In this document: positions 12,083-25,245 of the stretch, one piece after another
How the letters are laid out: each line of letters begins with the position of its first letter
Numbering within the stretch: the first letter of the stretch is position 1
Assembly: GCA_951406725.2 (NCBI GenBank)
Contig: OX597821.1
Location: 54,002,001-54,066,000 of the forward strand
Length of the DNA: 64,000 nucleotides
Reading direction: 5' to 3'
Source: Octopus vulgaris
Taxonomy: Eukaryota
The notes under the pieces: generated by a model
Told to the model about the DNA's origin: nothing
The model's database searches: none
What the model saw: only the letters and a program-made list of their open reading frames with translations
Made by a program: the position numbers and the translations under genes

Positions 12083-12430
12083 ATCATTATCATCATCATC
12101 ATCATCATCGTTTAACGTCCGTTTTCTATGCTAGTATGGGTTGGGTAGTTCGACTGCAATCTGGGAAGCCAGGAGGTTGCACCAGCACCCAACCTGATCT
12201 GGCAGTGTTTCTACAGCTGGATGCCCTTCCTAATGCCAACCACTCTGAGAGTGTAGTGGGTGCTTTTTACATGCCACTGGCAAAGGGGCCAGAGGAGCTG
12301 GCATCCACCACGATCGGATGGTGCTCTTTATGTGCCACCGGCACAGAAGCCAGTCAAGGTGGCACTGGCATCAGCCACATTTGGATGGTGCTTTTTACGT
12401 GCTACCGGCACAGGGCTCACAACTACAATT
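12083..12430 (-). mobile_element. (GAT)n-tailed short retroposon / RTE-type 3' module
   Basis: (CAT)n-CGTTTAACGTCCGTTTTC...CTACAGCTGGATGCCCTTCCTAATGCCAACCACTC. Other copies at 21190-21680, 22295-22520, 24205-24385, 24770-24992, 33420-33650, 47045-47292, 50835-51060, 57570-57830 and 60280-60515. Confidence 0.85.
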
Positions 12431-12539
12431 TCCATTTGATTTGATTTTGATATTGCTGTTGATGTTGATGTACTTGACTCACTCTACGATCCAAAGTACT
12501 CTTGAGTGGGCTGGTTATGCGACACTGGTGTAAGTTACG

Positions 12540-13345
12540 GCTGTGGACTCACTTTATTTGCCAGGTCTTCTCAGTCACAGTATATCTCCAGAGGTCTCAG
12601 TCTTTTGTCATTGCCTCTGTGAGGCCAAATATTCGAAGGTCATGCTTCAACACCTCATCCCATGTATTCCTGGGTCTCCCTCTACCCCATATATCTTCCA
12701 CTGTTTGGGGAGTGACACTTCTTCACACAGCTCTCCTTATCCATCTGCAGTATGTGACCATACCAAAGCAAACATCTCTCTTGCATGCCACATCCGATGC
12801 TTCTTATGTCTAACATTTCTCTCAGGGCACTTACATTCTGTCGTGTGTGCACACTGACAATACGCATCCAACGGATCATGCTAGCTTCATTTCTTTTGAG
12901 CCTATGCATGTCTTCAGCAGTCTCAGCCCATGTTTCACTGCCATGAAGCATGGCAGTTCGCACACATGCATCATACAATCTACCTTTCACTCTGAGCGAG
13001 AGATCCTTTGTCACTAGCAGGAGTAGAAGCTTTCTGAACTTTGCCCAGGCTATTCTTATTCTTGTGGAAACACTCTCTGAGCATCCACTCCCACTACAGA
13101 CTTGGTCACTTAGGTAGTGGAAGCCATCAACTAGCCTCTTACCCTGGCATGTGATGGAGTCTGTTTTCTGAGCATCTGTGGTGTTTATTGCCCCTGTGCA
13201 CTTGCTGCACATGAAAGCTATCTTCACGGTTAATCTTCCTTGGATGTTGCTGCACCTCTTATGCGTCCATAGCTTACACTGGATACGTCTTATGGAGTTT
13301 CTGCCTACACCTTTTCTACAGATCGAGCAGTGCCACCTGCCTGAA
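12540..13345 (-). mobile_element. RTE-clade LINE, 3' fragment (C-terminal to RT)
   Basis: ORF 12682-13227: FHYLSD...RIRIAWAKFRKL...SLRVKGRLYDACVRTAMLHGSETW...MIRWM...LLWYGHILQM, typical of RTE ORF ends. Confidence 0.9.
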
Positions 13346-13574
13346 GGGGTGTGTGTGTATTTGTGTCTGTGTTTTTCCCCCCAACATCGCTTGACAACCG
13401 ATGCTGGTGTGTTTACGTCCCGTAACTTAGCAGTTCAGCAAAAGAGAATGATAGAAAAAGTACTAGGCTTACAAAAAATAAGTTCTGGGGTCAATTTGCT
13501 CGACTAAAGGCAGTGCTCCAGCATGGCCACAGTCAAATGACTGAAAGAGTAAAAGTAAAAGAGTAAAAGAGAGA

Positions 13575-13626
<52 letters not shown>

Positions 13627-16109
13627 GTGTGTGTGTGTGTGTGTACAAGCTGAATAGCACGTCATTGCCAGGCTATTTTAACAATAGAATGCCTTATATA
13701 AATTTTTGTTTATTTCATGTCAGACCATGCCTTCTCTGATATAGACCTCTTGATCAGGATAGATTTTTGCAAATTTTCACAAAAAACTTTGTTGAGGATA
13801 TTTTCCTTTCTAAATTATCTTCATGTCTGTTCAACTGTTTGACATGACTATATTCATGAAAACTTATTGAAACTTCAGAAGTTATTACAATTTAGGTTGT
13901 CATAATGCTTTTCTTTCCTTTGTTTAATAAAAATACCTCCTCATAATGATTTTGCTTTCATTTTGTGATAGACATCTATAATGCAGAAAATGCCAGCTTC
14001 CAAATCTTTTTTCAGTTTAGGTAAAATTGATTAAACTTTAAACCTCAGTAACATTTTTCTGTAATTTTTCTGGAACAAATAAATAACAAAAGTAGATTTA
14101 ACATGGACAATTATTTCAATATACCAAATTTGAAAGTTTTGACATAATTCTAAAATTTCTCAATATGTGACTGCAACAGGGAAGACCTGACAAGATTAAA
14201 GAGACAGACAGTTATGGGATGTGACACACACACATTTACAAATGTATACACAGGTAATCACTTGGTGCATAGCAGACATTTGTATGTATACATGTGCACA
14301 TGTATATATATATGTATGTGGTGTGTGTGAGTGTTTCTTTGTGATGGACAGCAGAAAAAGCCACCTGTGAACAATTGTTATCAACTTACTCTGTCTCTCC
14401 TTAAAGCTATGCATTCTTCACACCCACCATTCTTTCCCTACCTCGGCATTTTAAAAGTTATTTATGTGTATGTGTGTGTGAGTGTGTGTGTGTATTTGTG
14501 TATTTGTGTCTGCATGGATCTATGTATTTATGAAAGCATGTATACAGCGTCGCATGTACATCCCTGAATGACAGCTATATTAATGTTAGCATCCCACTGC
14601 CACTTCCTATTTGTCACACAACTTCGTTCTCCCCTTCCCTGATATCATCTACACTCACTATGCCACCACATTTTCCTCACACTAACACTCTTGCACCATT
14701 CTCATTTTACCAAATAATAGCCCAACTCCACCAATAAGCCTATAATTCAAATGGATGTTAGTTTAACATATATGCAAAGTTTTGTCAAGATTGGTTCACT
14801 GGTGTAGGCAGCAACATGGTAACAGACAGACAAAGATAAAGACAGAAGATGTATATATCAGTGTGTGTGTGTGTGCTTGTGTTTGTATCTGTGTATGTCC
14901 CCTTATTACTGCTTACTGCTAGTGTTTGTATGTTTACGTCTCTATCACTTAGTAGTTCTGCAAAACAGTCTGATAGAAGAAGTACTAGGCTTAAAAAGTA
15001 AAGTCCTGGCATTGATTTGTTCAACCAGAAACCCTTCAAATTGGTACCTCAGCATTGCTACAGTCTAATGACCGAAACAAGTTAAAGATACAATGCAAAA
15101 ATGTATTCTTAAAGTAGAAAAACTATTTTCAGTTTAGAAAATATATTTCCTTATGAAAATTGATTTTAATGTTAGAAACAATGTTAGCTTAATAGAAGTA
15201 ATTTTTGATGTTAAAAAAATTATTTACCGTAATGAAAATTGTATTACATTTGATTAAAATAATTATTTTAACAATATAATGAATATTTTTCCAAAGAAAA
15301 GTTATTATAATCTTTGAAAATTATGTCTAGTTTTAAAATACCAGTTTAACGTGATAAAAATAGTAATAAATTGTATAAAACATCATTTTAATGATAGAAA
15401 AAGTAATTTGTTATAAAAATGTTTTTTCTAACATTAAAATATTTTTCTTTTATGTAATTATTTTTATTGTTATGAAAATTCTATTTTATTGAAAATAATT
15501 TTTTGTCAGAAAAATTAATGTGAAGAATATTATTTTTGATTATATTTAGAAAATTATTTTGTAAAAAATTTCTTGGAGGCAGATAAAAACCAGAAAATTT
15601 CGTAATGATGAGGTGTGGCCAGCGTTATAGTCATTACCTTTATTTCATATCACTTTTGTTTAACAGGAATATGGCTGCATACAAACATCACAGGAGCAAA
15701 TCTTATTTTAGTGTATTATTCCTAGCCAGTGTAACAATGATGTCTCTGTAAGATGTGTAAGGGACAAATGAAGAGGCACATTTATTTGTGAGCATCAGTT
15801 TCATGGCATTTTTTAAAGGATACTGACATCTTTCATCATCACATGAAAAATATATACACACACACACAATTCACATGTACATATTAAAAACTATATGTTA
15901 TATATATATATATTTCATGAAATCATTAATAGTCTTGCCACTGGTTGACTTTGTAAGAATCCAAACAAGGTCTTTCACTGGTGAATCTCCCAAGTCATTC
16001 TCAATAAAATTATTAAAAATAAACATATATATAATTACTTAAATAAATCTATCTACCCATTTAAATACTGTATGCATACATGCATGACTACTTACATACA
16101 TATATAGGG

Positions 16110-16320
16110 TCAGAGACACAGGAAAATTATACATTGTGAAAACGATGCAGGCTTTGTGGACTTAAATTCAACGATGTCACCCACATCATAAGCAGTTGTC
16201 CAAAACTGACATCATAGTATTATCTAACGATGAGACATGGTGTTGTAGCGAAGACACTGTATAATGAGATTTGTTGGAATGATAGTACCGAAGCCAAAGA
16301 GATTAGAACCCACTGACATT
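16110..16320 (+). mobile_element. RLE-type (R4/NeSL-like) LINE fragment, CCHC knuckle
   Basis: Translates KRCRLCGLKFNDVTHIISSCPKLTS*YYLTMRHGVVAKTLY, matching the CxxC-H-C and RHD motifs upstream of restriction-like endonucleases. Confidence 0.75.
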
Positions 16321-16329
16321 ACCCATCTA

Positions 16330-17790
16330 ACAGAACATACCAGATTTATTTCTACATGTCCTCTGTAGTTGTAGCCCATGTTTCACTGCCATGTAGCACA
16401 GCTGTTAGTACACAGGTATCATACAATCTACCCTTTACTCTGAAGGAGAGAGCCCTAAAGGTAGTAATTCTCTGAACTTTTCCCAGCCTATTCTTATTCT
16501 AGCAACTAAGCTTTTAGAATTTCCGCTTCCACTGCTAACATGGTCGTCTGGGTAATGAAAGCTATCTACTACTTCTAAGGATTTCCCCTGGACATTTGAG
16601 AAAGTCTATCCTGTGTACATTCTTAGTGTTTATTGTACATACATATCTGCCACACAAAGACTATTTTCTATCTTGAACTTCTGATTATACTGGACCTCTT
16701 ATGTGTCCATAGCTTGCACTGAGTTTCTATCAGCACCTTTCCTACATATGTGCAGGGCTATCTCACAAAGGCTTTTGTGATTTGTCTCTTTTACTACATA
16801 TAAGAACTTTGATCTAAGCTAAATTATCTCTAAGGCCCTTAGATTCCAGACCTTCCTTCCACATCTGAAATTTCCTCTCTAGTTCAAGTAGTGATTCAGC
16901 AATAAGAACAAGGTCATCAGTGTAGAGGAGCTCCAAGGGCACCCAGTCTTAAATTCCTCTGTTATGGCCTGGAGAACTGAGATAAACAAGAGGGTGCTGA
17001 GAACTGATCCTTGGTAAACTTCTACTCATAAGCTAAATTCATTGCTTTACACATAACTGATCTTTACCTTACTGGAAACATCTTTGTATATGGCTTGTAC
17101 AACTCTCACCAACCACTTATCTATCTCCAGCTTCTGCATTAACCACCAGGTGATGGAGTTGAGGAATCTGTCAAAGGCTTTCTACATGTCAACAAAAGCG
17201 AAATACAGAGGTTTATTCTTGGTTAAATGCTTCTCCTGAAGTTGCCTTATGAGGAAAATAGCATCACTTGTGTTTTCCCCTGGCACACAACTGAATTGCA
17301 TCTCATAGGTTAACTTCTTCCTAATTAATTGAGCTATGACCCCTTCTCTAACTTTCATCACTTGGTCCAGCAATTTAATATTTCTGTAATTATTTCTGTC
17401 TAAGCTGTCACCTTTACCTTTGTAGCAGTTGACTATGGTACTACTATGCCAGTCGTTGGGTATGACTCCCTAGTGGACAACCTGAATAACTATACAGGCG
17501 CTTAGGACATATCCCACTCAACTGGTTATTTTAAGTATCTCAGTATTGATTCCTGATGGGCCAGAGACTTTCCTTGTCTTCATATCCTTAATTGCTTTAT
17601 CTACTAAGCCAGTCTTGATTCACATAGTTGGTACCTCTGTAGAGTCCACATTAGGTAGACTCTCCTTCTTACATGCATTCTCTATATTTAGCAGCATTTC
17701 ACAATGGAATTGCTGAGCTTTTTTCTTCAGAGTATCACTAACAGCAGGTGAACCATCATCCATGCAAACACACTTTTCTCGACTGCCTTA
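16330..17790 (-). mobile_element. RTE-clade LINE reverse transcriptase pseudogene
   Basis: Minus strand: TSDAIFLIRQLQEKH..KNKPLYFAFVDM*KAFD, QGSVLSTLLF, ELLYTDDLVLIA (YADD box) and LHGSETW, with many stops. Confidence 0.92.
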
Positions 17791-17852
17791 TCAACTGAAT
17801 ATATATATATATATATATTTATATGTGTGTGTGTGTATATATATATATAATA

Positions 17853-18408
17853 TTTGCGGTTTTGAGTTTAGCTGCTCTTTTCAAGTGAGTCGAACGACCT
17901 TCTCAGGGTCATTCCTTAATTATTTGTTGAATATATTATATAGTCTGTGACTATCTCTATTTTCTCACTTGACCGCTGGTTGCAGAAAATTTCTCTTGAA
18001 TTTTTTGTTACCCTTATATTGATTGATTAATGAATTCTTGACTAATTCTGAAATTTGTATCAGCAGTTTATATTTGCTGCGGAGTAGATGGCACGATTAC
18101 GGTGAATTCAAAAATTTAGGATATATAGACCCGAGGCTTAGATGGTGTAGCCTCGTGTATATATATCTCCCCCTCTTTTGGCGACTTTGCTGACGAGACA
18201 AGCCAAGCGTAAACAGATTTAATTTAATTTAATTAAATTTGATTGCGTGAAAGATGTTGAAACCTTGCAGGGTACAAAGTTTGAAGGGGATAAATGTTTT
18301 TATTTCTCCTCTAGTTTCAGAATTACTACTATTTTTGCGGTTTTGAGTTTAGCTGCTCTTTTCAAGTGAGTCGAACGACCTTCTCAGGGTCATTCCTTAA
18401 TTATTTGT

Positions 18409-18411
<3 letters not shown>
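17853..18411 (+). mobile_element. Terminally redundant 481-bp HHR unit (retrozyme-like) within (TA)n
   Basis: Apparently identical 78-bp direct repeats at 17853-17930 and 18334-18411, a central HHR, and TA microsatellite on both sides. Confidence 0.85.
18184..18280 (+). ncRNA. Type I hammerhead ribozyme, intact core
   Basis: ACTTTG-CTGACGA-GACA...(54 nt)...TGTT-GAAA-CCTTGCAGGG-TA-CAAAGT. Stem I is a perfect 6 bp. Predicted cleavage after GUA at 18274. Confidence 0.85.
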
Positions 18412-18446
<35 letters not shown>

Positions 18447-18779
18447 GTGGCCTTAATATAGGGTCAGTAAGAACAAGTGTATTGAAATATTTATTATAGA
18501 AGATTAACAAAATGTTAGGACTAGATATTCTACACATAAACAAAACGTTGAGACTAGTTATTTTACCCATAGATAGATATATCTAATATCGATCTTTCGT
18601 GAATATTTCAAATGGAATGGAATAAATATTTTGTAAGTTATGAGGAAGTAAACAAATTATCTTCGGAACTGCAACGACCAAAAGTTAAAGATCACTTAAA
18701 AAACAATTTAAAATGGAACAAGACCCAAAAAGAAAACCTTACTATTAATATCTTGTGAACATCCCTTTACTATCAATGA

Positions 18780-19560
18780 CCACCTGACATCTGTTACCAC
18801 AGGGCTGAATTAATTTCATGCAAAGTGATGGAGTATTATTGTTCCATTCGTTTTTCAATAACTCTCAGAGTTCATCATGGTTCTTTGAATTTCTCCTTCG
18901 TGCCCCATCTCCAATAATCTTCTAGACGTTTTCTATAGAGTTGAGACCGGGATGTTGAAGCAGCCAGTCCATGAGGTCATCCCCTTCATTGCACAAAAAC
19001 TCTTTGACTCGCTTCGCAGTGTGCCAGGGAGTGTTGTCCTGCATGATAATAGTGGTAATAGGAGGTTGAACTGACGAGGTTCAGAGATATGGAAGGGCAG
19101 GGCATGCTGTCTAAGAATCTGCTTGTAGATTTCAGCATTGACAGTCCCAAGAAGCAGCAGCAGAGATCACTCCCCATATTATTACATTGCCTCCTCCATA
19201 TTTCACTGCCTTCTTCACACATGCACAAGATAACCTTTCACCACTTCTTCGTCAGACGTACATCGGAATCAATCACATTAAACTTCGATTCATCGCTAAA
19301 ATGAACCTGTAATCACTGTTCTGTCCAAAAGACATGTTCATTAGCAAAACCAAGACAGGCTTTTTGATTCATCTTGGAGATCAGAGGTTTCTTTACCTGT
19401 GTCCGAGCAAGCAACCCAGAAACTCATAACTTCCAAGAAACTGTTTTGCATGTAGTGAAAGCACAGAATTGCATACATGTATACATATGTACTGCCAGGG
19501 ACTGAAATCACTTGAAAATGCTGGTCGAGAATTTCCTATACTGATTGGTCAGTTTCAACT
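18780..19560 (-). mobile_element. Tc1-like transposase pseudogene
   Basis: Minus-strand remnants VHFSDESKFN, IMQDNTPWH and SIENV* (degenerate PIENVW). Confidence 0.75.
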
Positions 19561-19676
19561 AATTCCATAGCCTCATCAGTAGGAACTGCTTGATTTGGCT
19601 TGATTCCAGACTTAATTCTTTGTCAGTACATATGTATTCACCATAAAAATCAATGGATGATTTAGCAACTCACTAA

Positions 19677-19785
19677 TGTGTATACAAAAAATTAATATAG
19701 ACAGCCGTGTGCAATGTTTTACCAAAAAGGAATTTTCCTTTTGGTAACACATTGCACATAGCTGTCTATATTAATTTTATACACA
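19677..19785. repeat. ~110-bp palindrome
   Basis: AAAATTAATATAGACAGCCGTGTGCAATGTTTTACCAAAAAGGAA-TT-TTCCTTTTGGTAACACATTGCACATAGCTGTCTATATTAATTTT. Confidence 0.9.
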
Positions 19786-19795
19786 CACATACATA

Positions 19796-20140
19796 TACTT
19801 ACTTACTTGTGGCGACATTCACCCTGGGCGGGTTGAGTTGGCTTCTTCATTGCAAGAGATTTCGTGGGAATATATGGATTTCACAAGCGGTCCCGCATAT
19901 AGAGACATCCTGTTTGCCGCAGATTGTCTGCAGACGCAGGGACAGAACGACCGAGGAGCCGCCGGTTGCCGAAACAGACACTCCAAGGATTTTCACCAGA
20001 TCCCCGTCTGCCAGGTTGTGGCCCTAATACCACTCGGTGTCAAACCAATCTGCCTTGGGTGGCCCTACCAGGAACCAAAGTTCCCAACGGCATAGCTCTG
20101 ACACTACCCGTTGCCAGTGTCCCCACCACGGTGAGGAGGG
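19796..20140 (-). mobile_element. Short non-autonomous RTE-derived retroposon (5' UTR fused to 3' end)
   Basis: Minus strand starts CCTCACCGTGGTGGGG...AGAGCTATGCCG...TAGGGCCACCCAAGGC, resembling RTE/BovB 5' UTRs, and ends in a (TAAG)n tail. GC- and CpG-rich relative to the flanks. Confidence 0.6.
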
Positions 20141-20504
20141 GATGGACTTTTTCATTCTAAATTTGACTAATTTTGGATCACCTTAAAACATCGTGCCATC
20201 ATGTATTTTCAGAAATATTTATTTCTATGACATTTTCTATATGAAATATGCTGATACAACAGCAACAGTTGTTGGCTTTATAAGATGATTTCTACAATAA
20301 AAGATGTGATTTTCTGTATTCATATTTTTGCTGTCTAATACTCTGAATTTCTTGAATTTCTTCTAAATAATATTTGGATCTGGTTGTCATACATGAGGAA
20401 TAACCTTGGAGCTAAATTCTACTTGTATTTATAGGATATAGTTAACCAAATTCGTTTAAAACTGAGTGCTTTATTGATATCTGCCTGAATTTTTAAAATC
20501 CTTT

Positions 20505-20700
20505 TTCTCTTCCCCTTCTTCTTCTTCCTCCTCCTCCTCCTCATTTTTGTTCTTCTTCTTCTTCCTCCTCCTCCTTTTCTTTTTCTCCTTCTTCTTCTTC
20601 TTCTTCTTCTTCTTCTTCTTCTTCTTCTTCTTCTTCTAATTAATATTTGTATTATTATTATTATTATTACTATTATTATTATTATTATTATTATTATAAT
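20505..20700. repeat. Compound (CTT/CCT)n-(ATT)n microsatellite
   Basis: Directly visible; it explains the poly-R/poly-I ORF at 20419-20769. Confidence 0.95.
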
Positions 20701-21160
20701 ATCCATCCTATTTTTCTGGACTGCCATGTTAGCTTGGTGATAACTAATAATACCCAGTACTGCTGCCATAGTCTCCTTTAGAGAAATTTAGAAATAATAA
20801 TACTTCTACTTTTGAAAACCAGTGGATGTGTTCCACTGAATATATATAAACCTTCGAACAGACAGTCAACAGCGACAGCTGCTAGGTTTGACTGCTCCAC
20901 ATTGATAAAGGGTAAATACCCCGAAACTAGTCTGTGGATTTCTGAACCAGCAAGGGGAAGGTGATGACCTCCCCTGTTCAAAGGTTGTAATGGACACAGG
21001 TTTGTGTGTCACATAGCTAGCTAGTGGCAATGGCCTCTTGGAGCTAATCAATGGCAGCATTCATCCTATTTTTCTGGACTACTATGTTAGCTTGGAGATA
21101 ACTATAAATACCCAGTACTGCTGCCATAGTCTCGTTTAGAGAGATTTAGAAATAATAATA
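20701..21160 (+). mobile_element. Terminally redundant 358-bp unit with decayed HHR
   Basis: ~100-bp direct repeats at 20701-20802 and 21059-21160 with several mismatches. The unit lies between (ATT)n and (TA)n. Confidence 0.8.
20896..20938 (+). ncRNA. Minimal type I hammerhead, core mutated
   Basis: TCCACA-TTGATAA-AGGGTAAATACCCC-GAAA-CTAG-TC-TGTGGA. Stem I is a perfect 6 bp and the core is two transitions from CTGATGA. Confidence 0.75.
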
Positions 21161-21711
21161 TTTATATATATATATATATATATACGAGTGTGATCGTTGA
21201 CAGAGCAGCTAACCGGATTCCATGCCAGTGGCACATAAAAGGCACTATTTGAGTGTGATCGTTGCCAGCTTTGCCTTACTGGCACTTGTGCCCCATGCTA
21301 GTAGGGTACTAAAAGCACCATCTGAGCGTGATCATTGCCAGAGTGACTAACTGGCTTCGATGCCGGTGGCATGTAGGAGGCACCATTCAAGTGGGATCAT
21401 TACCAGCATCGCCTTACTGGCACCTGTGCCATTGGCATGTGTAAAAACAATTCAAACGAGATCATTGCCAGTACCGCCTGACCGGGCCCCCATGCTGGTG
21501 GCACATAAAAGCACCCACTACACTCTCGGAGTGGTTGGCATTAGGAAGGGCATCCAGCTGTAGAAACTCTGCCAGATCAAGACAGGAGCCTGGTGCAGCC
21601 TTCTGGTTCGCCAACCCACAGTCAAACCGTCCAACCCATGCTAGCATGGAAAGCGGACATTAAACGACAATGATGATGATATATGTATATGTATGCATGC
21701 ATGTATGTATA

Positions 21712-21891
21712 CAAGGGAGTGCTGAAAAGTTCCTGGTATTAGATAAAAGAAAATACAGGGGTATCAGTTAATTATGATTTTATACAATATATTCTCTCTC
21801 AGCTTCACACACTTATTGCAATAGTTCTTTAGTCTTCCTAAGTCCTGTAAAAGAACTTGGATAGTTGGAGTAACTTTTCAGCACCCCCTCA
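21712..21891. mobile_element. Mariner-type MITE
   Basis: TIRs AAGGGAGTGCTGAAAAGTT / AACTTTTCAGCACCCCCTC around a non-coding interior. Confidence 0.75.
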
Positions 21892-21913
21892 TGCATGTAT
21901 ATATATGTATATA

Positions 21914-22070
<157 letters not shown>

Positions 22071-23749
22071 TTTATTTATCTATTGGCTCAGTGAAACTCA
22101 AAGGAGATGATACTATAAAGAGTTGCATATAAATATTTATATAGAAAACATCAAAGGCTATCTGTCAGAGTCAAACTCACATCTCCTAGGAACATGACAC
22201 ATGTTCTACCATTCTTTGAATTTCTCTATTTTTAAAACTTTATTCTTAGCAATGAGAACTGCGTTGATGTTATATAAGTTTATAAGCTTCAAAATTCATC
22301 ATCATCATTCAACATCTGTTTTTCATGCTGGTATGGGTTGGACAGTTTGAGGGGAGCTGACCAACTGAAGGACTGTTCAGATTCCATATCTGTTTTGGCA
22401 TGGTCTCTATGGCTTGATGCCCTGCCTAATGTCAACCACTTTACAGAGAGTACTGGATGATTTTATGCAGCACCGGTAAGGGCACTTTTTATATGGCACC
22501 AGCACCTTCATGATCACAAGATTAGGGATGCTCAGCTGGGGAGGATTGCAGGAGACAAACCTGTGTACAAGGGTAACCATGTTTTTACTTAGCTTGGCAT
22601 GTCTTTTCAAGCACAGCCAATCGCCAGGAATCTCAGACCCCTGTTATCTTCTCTGTGAGAGCTGCCTTTACATCCTTTTAAAGATTATGTGAAATAATTC
22701 TTTTTGGAAATTTGAAGCTGATAAAGCTATATATTAATCTGTGTGTACGTGCATGTGCATGTGTGTGTGTGTGTGTGTGTGCATGTATACATGCACTCAT
22801 ACATATATAAAGATGCATGCATACATATGTATTATTATCAGCAGCAGTTACTAAATAATATTATCATAATTCTATAGATTCACTTCTGATATTTTACTTC
22901 ACTGCAAAATGGTTCTACTATGTTGCAAAATTATTATTGATACTTTTAGGACCATTCCTACAACCTTTTGCATTCTTTCTTATCAGAGTCTAGACAATAA
23001 GCAAAAGAGAAAAAAGATATGCAATGATATATCTTTGAACTATGACAAATATTTGCTTCAATGCCTCTGTGTGCTAAACAATGGACGTAAAAAGCCTTAA
23101 TTTACATCAGAAATACATTTGCATGTAATATAATTATAATTGTTTGTATGAAACATAATTTTATCTGTGTTTTGTGTTAGATATGTAAAAAGCATTTATT
23201 TTTATGTTGACCATAACAAAAGGCTTTGAATAATTTCCCTACATCTCACATAAAATGATGTAATAATGTTTCACGTACAATTTTGCAACTAATTTAGACC
23301 ATATGAATAAAAGAGAATTTCTACAATATTAATTACTAATTATGGTAATACTCATTTATTCAAGAAATATTAATTATTAATTAATAGGTACATAGTTGAA
23401 ATTAAAAGTTACTGCACCACACATACATAATATACATAAAATACATACATTATTTATAGTATTTTTTAAATATATTCATTATTAAGATGTTTAGCAAAAT
23501 AGAAAAATACAAAAGAAAGAAACCACAGAGATAAATTAAAAATGAGACATTAGAAACAGTAGTTAATTTACAGAAGTAATTAATAGAAAAATGGAAATTA
23601 ATTCTTTTCCAAAGTCTTTCTTTTTTTGCTTTCATTAATAGACAATAAACACTTACATTATGGCAATTTATCAAATACTATTAATATTCATGAAGAACTG
23701 AAGTAAAACATGATCTTGTAAGGAATATCATCTATGATATAAACAGAGC

Positions 23750-24025
23750 CAACAGCCACAACAAACAATACAGTAAACATTGACAACAACATCAACAACA
23801 CAACAAACAACCACAACACAACTACAAAAGCAATAACAACATAATAAACACCCACAGCAATACATCAACCACAACAGCACACCATATTGTCACAATGAAA
23901 ATAATAACAAAGTAACGACAACAACAACATCAGTGACAACAACACATTTAATAGCCAACACAATAGACAGCTACTACATCAACAACAACAACAACACTAA
24001 AAACAGTTACAAGAACGATAACTAA
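23750..24025. repeat. Degenerate (CAA)n tract
   Basis: Low-complexity ACA/CAA run. Confidence 0.85.
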
Positions 24026-24989
24026 ACAGAAAATTATTCAATGACAATATATGGCAGAATAGGAATTTCCTTATTGTTTTTCAATGTAATGGATGATAAT
24101 TCTCTCTCTCTCTCTCTCATACACACACACAAATATATATATTTGACTTTGCGTTAAAGTGTGGGTTAGTGGGTGTTAGGTGCATCCTTATGTAGGTACA
24201 ATGGCCCCTGGCACGTAAAAAGTGCCCACTACACTCTCAGAGTGGTTGGCGTTAGGAAGGGCATCCAGCTGTAGAAACACTGCCAGATCAGAACTGGAGC
24301 CTGGTGCAGCCTTCTGGCTTCCCAGATCCCCGGTCGAACCGTCCAACCCATGCTAGCATGGAGAACGGACGTGAAATGATCATGATGTGTATTTATTTTA
24401 ACAGGACATAATTATCTAGTGTTAGTCTCTTTGTGTTGCTTTTCATATTTTGATGACACTGAAGTGTCATACTCGTCATCATCATCATCATCATTGTTGT
24501 CATTATTTTACATCTATTTTCTATACAATGTCAGACAGTCACAATGGTCTGAGTCTGTTCTTTTTCAGAATTAGTGCACTCCACCTAAAGAAGTTTAAGG
24601 ACAATGGCTGGCTCAAATGTTTCAATTTTGTTTTGTACTATTCAGCTGGAATCACAGTACAGTGATTACTGAGCACATTTTTATCATGGTACCACCAAGC
24701 ACTGGAGATGTGAGGCTATGACAAATGACTGAGACTGTTGGCAATTTGCTGGGGACACATAAAAGGCTGGTGACACGTAAAAGGCACCTGAGCGAGTGAC
24801 ACATAAAAAGCACACATATTGGTGACATGTTAAAAGTACCCATGCCAGTGACTTGTTAAAGGAACCTGGTACACTCTGCAGAGTGGTTGGCATTAGGAAT
24901 GGCATCAAGCCATAGAAACCAAACCAAAACATACTGGAGCCTAGTGCAGTGTCTAACCCTTGTCAGCATGGAAAACAGATGCTAGATGA

Positions 24990-25039
<50 letters not shown>

Positions 25040-25166
25040 AAATATAAGAGAGTTAACGTTAAATAGGTCAATTCTAGTATTCTGGTATAGCCGCCGACGA
25101 TACCTCCACATAGAAATAGCACTAGCCTCAACGTAAGGAAAGTGAAATACAACTAAAAAATAGATT

Positions 25167-25245
25167 AATGTTGTACAATTGTTTCTTTATCAATATAATA
25201 TGCAAATTACACTCACATATATATCTATAAATCATCAGCAACATT
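25167..25245 (-). ncRNA. Type I hammerhead ribozyme, intact core (minus copy)
   Basis: Reverse complement reads AATGTTG-CTGATGA-TTTAT...ATAAA-GAAA-CAATTG-TA-CAACATT. Confidence 0.88.

Noticed and set aside
15667-15750. Short ORF MAAYKHHRSKSYFSVLFLASVTMMSL after an AG acceptor
   Set aside because: Too short, no homology evident, and expected by chance.
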